NCBI GenBank assembly: GCA_963666985.2
Contig: CAXXIA010000002.1
Coordinates: forward strand, 512,001-576,000
DNA length: 64,000 bases
Origin: Spirochaetia bacterium
GTDB taxonomy: Bacteria; Spirochaetota; Spirochaetia; DSM-2461
Direction: 5' to 3'
Notes under the pieces: generated by a model
What the model was told of the DNA's origin: nothing
The model's input: the letters and a program-made list of their open reading frames with translations, nothing else
Database searches by the model: none
Position numbers and translations under genes: made by a program
Shown: positions 29,040 through 37,080 of the stretch, in pieces
Numbering within the stretch: the stretch's first letter is position 1
Layout of the letters: each line of letters opens with the position of its first letter

Positions 29040-29236
29040 TGGACTACTCGTTTACTGGAAGGCTCTTATTATAAGGTTAGTGACTTGGAGGGAGGGGGTT
29101 CAAGTGATTTTTTCCGGCGATGGGTGCGGTGGGATCGGCGGGAATAAATATTTTGGCCGGATGTCGCGTTTTCAGTTTGCTTACAGCCGGTATTGTAGCG
29201 GTTCCGCCCCCGTTAGGTTCGTCGAAGCGGTCGCGC

Positions 29237-29296
29237 AAAGCCGAGAAAGCCGAGAAAGCCGAGAAAGCCGAGAAAGCCGAGAAAGCCGAGAAAGCC
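29237..29296 (+). repeat. 9-bp tandem repeat (AAAGCCGAG) x6 plus a partial unit
   Basis: Read directly from the sequence. Confidence 0.97.
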
Positions 29297-29427
29297 AAAG
29301 TATATAAGGCCGTTTAGGCTGAAAGTTGAATAAGCTGCCTCTAACAGGCTGTTGAAGAAGAGAAAAACTCGGCATTCGGCCTATAATGCATGTTCCGCAG
29401 ACGTGCTTTACGGCGGAAACCCGGTCG

Positions 29428-29457
29428 TTGACATTCGGCAGGATCAGCGGCTATAGT
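29428..29457 (+). promoter_or_regulatory. Sigma-70 promoter of tRNA-Pro
   Basis: TTGACA-N18-TATAGT ending 31 nt before the tRNA. Confidence 0.7.
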
Positions 29458-29488
29458 GGCCTTCGTCTTTATTGACAAATAACGAAAA

Positions 29489-29562
29489 CGGGCTGTAGCG
29501 CAGGGGTTTAGCGTACATGTCTGGGGGACATGGGGTCGGCGGTTCAAATCCGCCCAGCCCGA
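29489..29562 (+). tRNA. tRNA-Pro (GGG), CCA not encoded
   Basis: Acceptor stem CGGGCTG/CAGCCCG; anticodon arm CATGT-CTGGGGG-ACATG; T-arm GGCGG-TTCAAAT-CCGCC. Confidence 0.96.
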
Positions 29563-29799
29563 TAAGGGAAAGCCGAGTTGCTCGCAAGAGTGACTTGGCT
29601 TTTTTTTATTCCGGAAAGGCGGATTTGAAGCGAAGGTGCCGCGCGACGATAGGAGCGAAAAGCGCACAGGATGTGCGCGGAAGGCACTGGAGACGGCCCG
29701 ACGACGAGCAACACGAGGTTGCGAGTTGGAGGGCAAATTCGCTTAAGCCCGATAAGGGAAAGCCGAGTTGCTCGCAAGAGTGACTTGGCTTTTCTTTTA
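29556..29799 (+). repeat. Direct repeat of the tRNA 3' end plus terminator, period 190 bp (29556-~29604 and 29746-~29794)
   Basis: AGCCCGATAAGGGAAAGCCGAGTTGCTCGCAAGAGTGACTTGGCTTTT is present twice. Confidence 0.95.
29569..29607 (+). terminator. tRNA intrinsic terminator (copy 1)
   Basis: AAAGCCGAGTTGCTC-GCAA-GAGTGACTTGGCTTT stem followed by a T-run. Confidence 0.85.
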
Positions 29800-29856
29800 T
29801 TCCGAAAAGCTAAAAAGCCCTTTTTACCAAAATGCCGCCGATTTCAAATTATACCT

Positions 29857-29928
29857 TTTACCCTACAGGGTATATTGTATTAATTAACCCTATAAGGTAT
29901 ATTGAAAGAATATACCTTATAGGGGAAC
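29857..29928. promoter_or_regulatory. Three HipB-type 18-bp operators at exact 27-bp spacing
   Basis: TTTACCCTACAGGGTATA (29857), TTAACCCTATAAGGTATA (29884) and TATACCTTATAGGGGAAC (29911), upstream of hipB. Confidence 0.8.
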
Positions 29929-29942
29929 ACGCGGAGGCGCGA

Positions 29943-30194
29943 ATGAATCACCTAATCAACAACTCAGCCAAGCTTGCTCAAACCCTCAAGGCGGCCAGGA
30001 AACGCCTGAATTGGTCTCAAAAAGAAGCTTCGTATCGATCCGGGCTCCTTACGAAAACCATTTCTCTTTTGGAAAACAATCCGGAGAAGTGCAGTGTCGA
30101 AACCCTGATGAAACATCTTTCTTCACTCAATCTTGAACTGTTTCTTGCGGACATTCGGTCGACATCGGATACGGACAACGGGCAGGAATGGTAG
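29943..30194 (+). CDS. hipB: HipB-like XRE antitoxin
   Basis: 83 aa after a GGAGG RBS; L...LK.ARK...WSQ, TIS.LENNP and C-terminal ..EW typical of HipB; abuts hipA. Confidence 0.85.
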   Translation: MNHLINNSAKLAQTLKAARKRLNWSQKEASYRSGLLTKTISLLENNPEKCSVETLMKHLSSLNLELFLADIRSTSDTDNGQEW

Positions 30195-31520
30195 ATGGGC
30201 AGAAAACGACTGAGGAAATGCCTCAAGGTTTATATGAACGGTGTACCGGTCGGCTCCTGGGCGGTCGATAAAGAATCTCGATTCACCTACTTTGATGAGT
30301 GGATCAGCGATCCGGTATCACGGCCGATTTCTTTGTCTCTACCCATATCTTCGCCAACATCAACCTTCAGCGGACCGAAGGTTGAAGCATTCTTTGACAA
30401 CCTTTTACCTGATTCCGATATCATCCGCCGACGAATCCAAACCCGCTTTGGAACCTCCGGTACAAGGCCGTTTGAATTGCTGGCGGAAATCGGCAGAGAT
30501 TGTGTAGGAGCCCTTCAGCTCCTACCGGAGGATGAGGATCCCCCTGAGGTAAAAAAAATTTCAGCCGAACCGCTCAATGAATCGGCGATAGCTGAAATAC
30601 TGCGTCAACAGGCCGGTACTGGGAACACTCTCGGGCAGAGAGGTGAAGAATTTCGAATATCACTGGCTGGAGCTCAGGAGAAAACAGCGCTCCTTCTCAA
30701 TGACGGACAATGGCATCGCCCTCGGGGTGCAACACCGACAACCCATATCTTTAAAAGACCGCTTGGCATCGTCGGGCATCAGGGAATTGATCTCTCAACC
30801 TCTCTTGAAAATGAGTGGCTCTGTCTCAAAATCCTGGATCATTTCGATCTGCAGGTGCCGCGGAACCATATTGAATACTTCGACAATGAGAAAGCATTGA
30901 TTGTCGAGCGATTCGATAGAAAGCTTTCCAGTGACGCATCCTGGTGGATTCGGCTGCCTCAAGAAGATTTCTGCCAGGTTCTCGGCGTGCCTCCGGGCTT
31001 GAAATATCAGAGTGATGGCGGACCGGGGATTCGAGACATTGCCGCATTTCTCAACGGATCAACAACTGCGGAAAAGGACAAGAGAACTTTCTTCAAGGCT
31101 CAAATCCTGTTTTGGCTTCTGGCTGCAACCGACGGACATGCAAAGAACTTCAGTATCTTCATTCTTCCCGAAGGCCGGTATCATCTAACCCCGCTATACG
31201 ATGTTATCTCCACCTACCCTGTTATGGGTCATGGTGCCGAACTCCTGGCTCCGCAAGAGCTGAGGATGGCCATGGCCGTCAGAGGTACAAAAGGATACAA
31301 GTATAAATGGAACACTATTCTGCGGCGACATTGGCTTGATACCGCACGGGATGCCGGACTGTCCCGATCCGCAGCGGCAGAAATCGTTGACGAAGTCGTA
31401 CATCAAACTCCGAAAGTCCTCTCAGGTATTGAAAAGATTCTGCCTGATACCTTCCCGATCAAAGTTGCGGAAACCATCCTGAAGGGAGTTCGCAATAACC
31501 TCAAGTTCCTGGAAGATTGA
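30195..31520 (+). CDS. hipA: HipA Ser/Thr kinase toxin
   Basis: FFDNLLPD, IGRDCVGA, RISLAGAQEK, PTTHI.K, VERFDR, QEDFCQ, TDGHAKNFS and LTPLYDV motifs. Confidence 0.95.
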   Translation: MGRKRLRKCLKVYMNGVPVGSWAVDKESRFTYFDEWISDPVSRPISLSLPISSPTSTFSGPKVEAFFDNLLPDSDIIRRRIQTRFGTSGTRPFELLAEIGRDCVGALQLLPEDEDPPEVKKISAEPLNESAIAEILRQQAGTGNTLGQRGEEFRISLAGAQEKTALLLNDGQWHRPRGATPTTHIFKRPLGIVGHQGIDLSTSLENEWLCLKILDHFDLQVPRNHIEYFDNEKALIVERFDRKLSSDASWWIRLPQEDFCQVLGVPPGLKYQSDGGPGIRDIAAFLNGSTTAEKDKRTFFKAQILFWLLAATDGHAKNFSIFILPEGRYHLTPLYDVISTYPVMGHGAELLAPQELRMAMAVRGTKGYKYKWNTILRRHWLDTARDAGLSRSAAAEIVDEVVHQTPKVLSGIEKILPDTFPIKVAETILKGVRNNLKFLED

Positions 31521-31568
31521 AATTCATATCTTGGCTCCAGTTACCGTTTAATACCGGCCTACCGCCGG

Positions 31569-32426
31569 TCATCCATTCCGATCTTCCGAATCATTCCAAA
31601 GAATTTCCTGTTCCAGTCCGGCACCAAAATCTTCCAGACATTGGAGCACCTCCTTAACAATTTCATCCTCCTGCCGGCGAAGGCCGGATAGGATTGCCGT
31701 GGAGTCACGCAGCAAATCACTCTTGCCGTAGCGCCGCACCAGTTCGCGGAGATTTTTTGGAATAAAAAAGGCGACTCGACCCCCAGAACGCCGCTTGAGC
31801 CGAAGGTATTCCTGCAGGCCGACAGGATCATAATCACCGAAATGAACAATATCGAACGACTGGGATTCCAGCCAATTTAAAAACCACTCCGACATTCGGC
31901 CGGCGCAGTATATAGCCGCATCGAAATCCTTGAACCGTTCTTCGAAACGAAGAAAAGGCTCAAGATTCTCAATCAGCGCCACGCGGTTACCCTTGTAACG
32001 CCACTGGGTTTTATCGGAAATTACAAAGCATGCACTTCCACTCAGATCGGTTACGCCTTTTACATCCAGAGGCCCTTTTTGAGAAACCAAAGGTGCTTCT
32101 GAGAATCCCCGGATAAGCACGGGCTCTCCGCTAAGATTTGCACCGCGTTTGGAATCCCGGAACGTGGCCACGGCTTCTGTCCGGTCCAGCCCTCCTTCCG
32201 CGGCCTCCAGGCCATGAGGATAGACTGCCTCGGTAAAAATCCTCACCGCATCAGGATTGGCAGCAACAATGCGCCAACCATTCCCCCGGCGTTCCTCTTT
32301 CAGAGCTCCGGCATCAAAAAGCGGTTCAAAGGCCGATAGGGCACGCGAACCAAGTTCCGACCGGGTGACATACCCCTTACCGATCAATTCCAGCAAAACA
32401 CGGGCAACCGAATCAGCCGCCTTCAT
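31569..32426 (-). CDS. JetD/MksG-like TOPRIM nuclease
   Basis: R....DSK, IEN.E.F and FGDYDPVGL (DxD) TOPRIM motifs, GLEQE near the C-terminus; last gene of the SMC operon. Confidence 0.75.
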   Translation of the reverse strand: MKAADSVARVLLELIGKGYVTRSELGSRALSAFEPLFDAGALKEERRGNGWRIVAANPDAVRIFTEAVYPHGLEAAEGGLDRTEAVATFRDSKRGANLSGEPVLIRGFSEAPLVSQKGPLDVKGVTDLSGSACFVISDKTQWRYKGNRVALIENLEPFLRFEERFKDFDAAIYCAGRMSEWFLNWLESQSFDIVHFGDYDPVGLQEYLRLKRRSGGRVAFFIPKNLRELVRRYGKSDLLRDSTAILSGLRRQEDEIVKEVLQCLEDFGAGLEQEILWNDSEDRNG

Positions 32427-35121
32427 TGTCACGCCTTAATTCGATGAGTGCCGTCTCATCAAGAACGATTCGTCCTTCGGGGTTCTCCGCCAGCATATAG
32501 ATTCGATCTACTTCTTCAACAGAATCGGGGCTGGCCAGTACCGGAATAAAATCCAGTGACCCCGCCAGCCGGATAATCCCGGCAATATTGTCATGGTCAA
32601 GACTCGATACTTCATCAAGATAAAACGGAAGGCAGGCCCTTCGTCCGCTCATTAAATCGCGCAGCAGAATTAAATGCACCAGCACTTTGATTGTGATGGT
32701 TGTTCCGTTCGATTCAATCTGATCGAGATTGGTATAGGTGCGTTTCCCGCCGTCCGAGCCCTGGATTTCGAAATGGAGGTCAAACAAATCACGCAGCCCG
32801 ACCGACTGTGTCTGTTCCAGCAGGCGGCCGAGTTCCTCCATGTCGTTCGACGAGTTATCCGTCGCACCGAAAAGCGGCAAATCATCATGAAAATCACACA
32901 GCGACTTGATTCGCTTCATCCACTCAGGCCGCTCACAGACAATCAGCCCCACATCGTCAAGATTCGATACGGCAACCTTTCCCATCCGGCGGTTCAGTTC
33001 TCCGACCTTGCCTTCCAGCCGTTCCAAATCATGAGATAATGCTGAGAAAGAACTGCGCAGGCCGACCGCGAAATCCGCCCACGACTTGCGCAGGGCCGCC
33101 TCGCGGCTTTCGAGAGCATCAACCGCCTCTTTCAAACGACGCAGTGTTTCATTCTCTGTTTGTCCGCTGTATTTCCCGTATGTTCGATCATGAATTCCGT
33201 TCAGCAGTCTATCGGCTTCATCCGCGAAAAGACGTTCCTCGCTGAATGTACGGCGATAAACCTCATATAAATCATCGAGTCCATCGGGAAACTCTATTCC
33301 GCTTCCCGCCTCCCAGCCCTCTTTCGGCGGAGAAAGTCGGCGATGCCTCTCCAGCAGTTCCCGGCGTTCTTTTTCCGCGGATTGCGCGGCAGCCAGTAAG
33401 CTCTGCCCTTCTTTTGCCAGTGACTGAATATTCAGGTTTATTCGATTGATTTCATCCTGCAGTTTTTCCGATTTGGTTTCCAGGGATTGAACTTCGGCTG
33501 TCCATTGGTCGGCCTGTTCCCGCCGGCCGCATAATTCCGACCATCGAATCAAACGATACTTCAGCCGCTCTTCCTCTTCACGCTTATCGACAAGTTTTTT
33601 CTCCAGCCCTTCCCTGTCGCGGGCGACTTCCAGCAAATCGGTTTCGTGACGGATCTGTCTTTTCAGTTCATCAATCCTCAGCGTCAATACTTCGGGATTT
33701 ACCAGCGCAGAGATGTCGTGCGGCGGTATCTCCCGCAAATCGATACGCATATCTCCATCGGAGTAGGAACCATCCGAGATTTTCTCCAGAAGCCGTTCAA
33801 GACGCATGCGAACGGATGAAGGATTACTCAAGTCCACATCAGATTCATTCAGATGCAGTATTGAAGGGTTCAGGATTCTAAACAATTCGGCGATATCCTC
33901 ATCTTCGAATTCTTCACGGAGCCCGGCCAGAATCAGATGATCTCCCGAATCTCGCATGCGTTCCGCTGTCCCCAGATCCGTTTTCAATCTCTTGATTCGC
34001 GCATCAATCTGCTCGGCACGTTCCCCCTCCAGCCGTGAAATACCGGCCTGGAGTTTAGCCGTCTCTTTACGCAAATCATCATATCGCCGCTCTTCCCAAT
34101 CAGGCATGAAGTCGGCAAGACTTTCTTCCAGCTTCCGGAAATCTTCAAGCTTTGAGTGTAATCCTCCAAGCTTGCCGATCAGTCCGTCACGTTTCCCGCT
34201 CGCAACAGAACGTTCTTCCTTCAATGTCTCTTCCAGATCCCGGAGTCTTTCATGCTCCAGGCGTTTATCCCGTTCGAAGTTTTCCAGTTCGGATTCACGG
34301 GCGGTGAACAATCGTCCGAGTTCCATCCACAGGATGGGTAAAGCACCTCGAGCGGCATCCCGTTGATCGATAAAAGTAAATAGATTTGCTACATCCTTCT
34401 CAATCCAGCGCAGCTCTTTCAGCGCCTGGGCATCCCTCTGGAGACGACTGAAGCGATCTCGGTATTCAACCGAAAGATCAATTTCCTTTTGCTGGAATTC
34501 GTTGTTATAGATTTCAACCAGCAATTCTTTCAGTTCATCCTGCCGCAGCTGGGCCAGACGCAGCAAATTACAAAACAAAAAACTGAAACGCTCGTACTGC
34601 CTGCGATCGCGAAGCGGGAGAAGTCCCAATCGGACACCCCTATCTTCACCCACACCGGAAAGTGCCGCCCGCAGATGCTGCGGCTCCAGCTTTACATAGT
34701 TTTTACCCGCCAGCCGAGCCTTCACCTGATCCGTATCGCGCATCTGACGCATATCGGTCAGATAGTCCTCCATTTCAAAACGCCCGCGGTAAGCAAAACG
34801 CTCAAAATCATATTGCCGCGCCGGACCGAGACCATGCACACCCACCACCGCCATACCTTCCGGAGTTCGACACTCGAAAAGGATATAGCTGTAGGTTGCC
34901 GGGAAATAATATTTTCGCGTCTCATTCAACGGATGAGAAAAATGCATCTTGCGCTGATCGTTTAGATAAAGAAACTGCAGCATTGAAATCAAAGAAGTTT
35001 TCCCGATGTTGTTCGCCCCCATCAGGTGCAGGGGGGCATCAAGCCGAACCTCCGCAAAATCATACTTCCCCGAATGGAAAGCAATCAGGCGAACAGGTGA
35101 ACAAAGGATCTCATCACTCAT
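32413..35121 (-). CDS. Short SMC-family ATPase (MksB/JetC-like)
   Basis: Walker A GANNIGKT, long coiled coils, signature ESNGT and Walker B FYLDE; ~900 aa. Confidence 0.85.
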   Translation of the reverse strand: MSDEILCSPVRLIAFHSGKYDFAEVRLDAPLHLMGANNIGKTSLISMLQFLYLNDQRKMHFSHPLNETRKYYFPATYSYILFECRTPEGMAVVGVHGLGPARQYDFERFAYRGRFEMEDYLTDMRQMRDTDQVKARLAGKNYVKLEPQHLRAALSGVGEDRGVRLGLLPLRDRRQYERFSFLFCNLLRLAQLRQDELKELLVEIYNNEFQQKEIDLSVEYRDRFSRLQRDAQALKELRWIEKDVANLFTFIDQRDAARGALPILWMELGRLFTARESELENFERDKRLEHERLRDLEETLKEERSVASGKRDGLIGKLGGLHSKLEDFRKLEESLADFMPDWEERRYDDLRKETAKLQAGISRLEGERAEQIDARIKRLKTDLGTAERMRDSGDHLILAGLREEFEDEDIAELFRILNPSILHLNESDVDLSNPSSVRMRLERLLEKISDGSYSDGDMRIDLREIPPHDISALVNPEVLTLRIDELKRQIRHETDLLEVARDREGLEKKLVDKREEEERLKYRLIRWSELCGRREQADQWTAEVQSLETKSEKLQDEINRINLNIQSLAKEGQSLLAAAQSAEKERRELLERHRRLSPPKEGWEAGSGIEFPDGLDDLYEVYRRTFSEERLFADEADRLLNGIHDRTYGKYSGQTENETLRRLKEAVDALESREAALRKSWADFAVGLRSSFSALSHDLERLEGKVGELNRRMGKVAVSNLDDVGLIVCERPEWMKRIKSLCDFHDDLPLFGATDNSSNDMEELGRLLEQTQSVGLRDLFDLHFEIQGSDGGKRTYTNLDQIESNGTTITIKVLVHLILLRDLMSGRRACLPFYLDEVSSLDHDNIAGIIRLAGSLDFIPVLASPDSVEEVDRIYMLAENPEGRIVLDETALIELRRDNEGG

Positions 35122-35653
35122 CGTTATTCTCCGTTTCCTCTGTCGTGATGAAATCCGTACACAGCTCCAGGAAGCGGCATACAGGCAAACGGAAGCGGAA
35201 GGTATCATCCGGAGCAAGTTCCAGGAATCCCAGCCGCTCCATGTTTTTCAGAAGTCCCGGCAGATCTTCGGCCGACGGCAAGCCGACTTCACTCATGTAC
35301 TGCCGTGAACGGGCGGCCTGGTAATGAGGCAATTCCCGGAGATTGAAACGGCGGGTCATCAGCGCTTCCTCCACGGGATGCCCCTTCGTCGCCAATGCTT
35401 CGATGAGAACGAACATGAAAACCGCCATCCGTTCGGCGACATCACTCAACTGCGCATCGCCGCAGAAATAATAAAATCCGCGCGGATGCTCCCGAAAACT
35501 GAATCCAAGATTTTTAAATAAGGTCTCATATGCATCACGGTTATCACGCAACGCGAAAAAAAGTGCCCCGTCTTCCATGCATATATGCCGCCCCTTTCTC
35601 AGGGCGTCAAACACCTCCGCCATATGCGGCAGTTCGATAGGAATCTTATCCAC
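35114..35653 (-). CDS. MksE/JetB-like KITE subunit
   Basis: F..LRKG.HIC, Y..LF..LGF...HPRGFYYF, M..LGF and RFL..C motifs; lies between the kleisin and SMC genes with overlapping stop/start. Confidence 0.75.
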   Translation of the reverse strand: MDKIPIELPHMAEVFDALRKGRHICMEDGALFFALRDNRDAYETLFKNLGFSFREHPRGFYYFCGDAQLSDVAERMAVFMFVLIEALATKGHPVEEALMTRRFNLRELPHYQAARSRQYMSEVGLPSAEDLPGLLKNMERLGFLELAPDDTFRFRLPVCRFLELCTDFITTEETENNDE

Positions 35654-36875
35654 CGGCCGCCTCCAGTCTCATCTCATATGCACGGGCAACAATCGAATCC
35701 AGACGGTATTCCCTTGATTCTCCCGGAACAAGCAGAAACAAGTCGTCTCCGTAAATCCGCCCATACAAACCAAGAAGCTGATGCGCTGAAAGATCAGGAT
35801 AACTACGGCACAGCCAGCCGAGTACGTCATCTACGGGCTGCTCCATCTCAAGATGCACCCGGATTTCCGCATATGGAATAACCGTCGGCAAAGAATCAAT
35901 CGCGGCATCTCCGATACTCTCCGGTGCCTGCGGAGAATAATTGCTGATCTGAGAAAAATAAGCCTCTATATGGTCATCCGAGAACAGACCGATGGCGCCG
36001 CCGCTTTTTTGGGCGGGGAAAGACAAGCGTTCTTTGAGCTTCAATGTTTTTTTGCCCTTCCTGCTCATCCGATCAAGTGCCTGAGTCGCACCGCGCAGAT
36101 AACGGCTGTTGCTGAGCGCCTCGTTATAGAGAGGTTCCAATTCCCGCACGCTCTCCTGATAATCTTCCATCGCATTACGCTGTAGACGAATCAATCGCGA
36201 ACGCATGGTGGAGAACTCACGTACCATGATACCGTCCAGTCGGAATAACGCTTCACCCTCCCGCATCAGAGCTTCCAATGAACGCAGACGATCGTCCATC
36301 TCTTTTCGTGAATCAATGATGTCGCGCATCGGCTCAACGAATCTTTCCCAAAGACGAATGATTCTCTCGTAGCGTTCTACGGCGGCGATATCTCCCTCAC
36401 TGCTTTTAAACTTGAGAGTCTCCGCGATAATGCCCAGTCTGTTATCATGTGAATCACGGCGTAGCCGATCAACCAAAGTACGAATTTCCTGAAGCAGAAT
36501 GATACATTGGGATGATTCGTTCGTACGAACCGAATCCGATAATTCCGAATCAAGCTTCTGCAGTTCGTTTAAATATGTTTGGATTACGGCAACATTTGTT
36601 AGCCGTTGTTCACGAAAAAGATGACCGAGCAATTCTTCCCACATCGCCGTCAATTCGAAGAATGCCGTCTGTCCCGGCATTTCCTCCACCATGTCCATTT
36701 CGCGGAGCTGTCGAAATATAAAGGCTGAGGCAGGCTGTTCAGGCTTGCGAAGCCGGGCAATTAATTGTCGTAATTCAGCCTCAGGCAGCCCTTCCCTTCG
36801 ATAATAGATTTCCCGCAGCAATAAAATATGGTCGGCGGCAAATCTTAAATAGGCTGAAGGTTCGAATGCAGGCAT
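35646..36875 (-). CDS. MksF/JetA-like kleisin subunit
   Basis: 409-aa helical protein with W...VEPM..II and C-terminal D.L.WL motifs; first gene of a four-gene overlapping operon; GGAGA RBS. Confidence 0.7.
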   Translation of the reverse strand: MPAFEPSAYLRFAADHILLLREIYYRREGLPEAELRQLIARLRKPEQPASAFIFRQLREMDMVEEMPGQTAFFELTAMWEELLGHLFREQRLTNVAVIQTYLNELQKLDSELSDSVRTNESSQCIILLQEIRTLVDRLRRDSHDNRLGIIAETLKFKSSEGDIAAVERYERIIRLWERFVEPMRDIIDSRKEMDDRLRSLEALMREGEALFRLDGIMVREFSTMRSRLIRLQRNAMEDYQESVRELEPLYNEALSNSRYLRGATQALDRMSRKGKKTLKLKERLSFPAQKSGGAIGLFSDDHIEAYFSQISNYSPQAPESIGDAAIDSLPTVIPYAEIRVHLEMEQPVDDVLGWLCRSYPDLSAHQLLGLYGRIYGDDLFLLVPGESREYRLDSIVARAYEMRLEAAGG

Positions 36876-37022
36876 GGTGGTATCTCCATATTATCTTGCT
36901 ACTATTCAGCAGAACAACAGCAATCTGTTTGAGGTTGTTGACCTCTTTTTGTAACCACTGATGGTACCAAGTTCCAGTATTACTTCGGGAATCTCCGTAC
37001 AAACCGGTATAACGAGATCTGA

Positions 37023-37046
37023 GGTTCAAATCCGCTTAAGCCCGAT
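37023..37046 (+). repeat. attR-like copy of the tRNA-Pro 3' end
   Basis: GGTTCAAATCCGCTTAAGCCCGAT compared with the tRNA GGTTCAAATCCGCCCAGCCCGAT. Confidence 0.8.
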
Positions 37047-37080
37047 TTCCTCGTCATGACCTCCCAACCGGACCACGACC

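Larger units (their letters stand above)
29734..37046. mobile_element. tRNA-Pro-associated defence cassette without an integrase (hipBA + mksFEBG-like)
   Basis: Flanked by 20-bp direct repeats CAAATTCGCTTAAGCCCGAT (29734-29753) and CAAATCCGCTTAAGCCCGAT (37027-37046), both variants of the tRNA 3' end. Confidence 0.75.

Noticed and set aside
29341..29360. CTAACAGGCTGTTGAAGAAG resembling an IS/MITE terminus, with similar short motifs near 16-23, 3301, 8656 and 48340
   Set aside because: Too short, with no matching partner end, target duplication or transposase; cannot be supported from this window.
29077..29375. Short ORFs with SAF/RES/AEK/LSR peptide repeats
   Set aside because: These are translations of the 9-bp tandem repeat in several frames; there is no RBS or other coding evidence.
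29556..29930. Possible CRISPR array (two ~48-bp repeats; an ATTGAAAG at ~29901)
   Set aside because: Only two repeats with a ~140-bp spacer; the repeats are tRNA 3' end plus terminator; no cas genes in the window.
36876..37022. Possible integrase remnant next to attR
   Set aside because: No recognisable tyrosine- or serine-recombinase motif in any frame; the region is short and probably holds the mks promoter.
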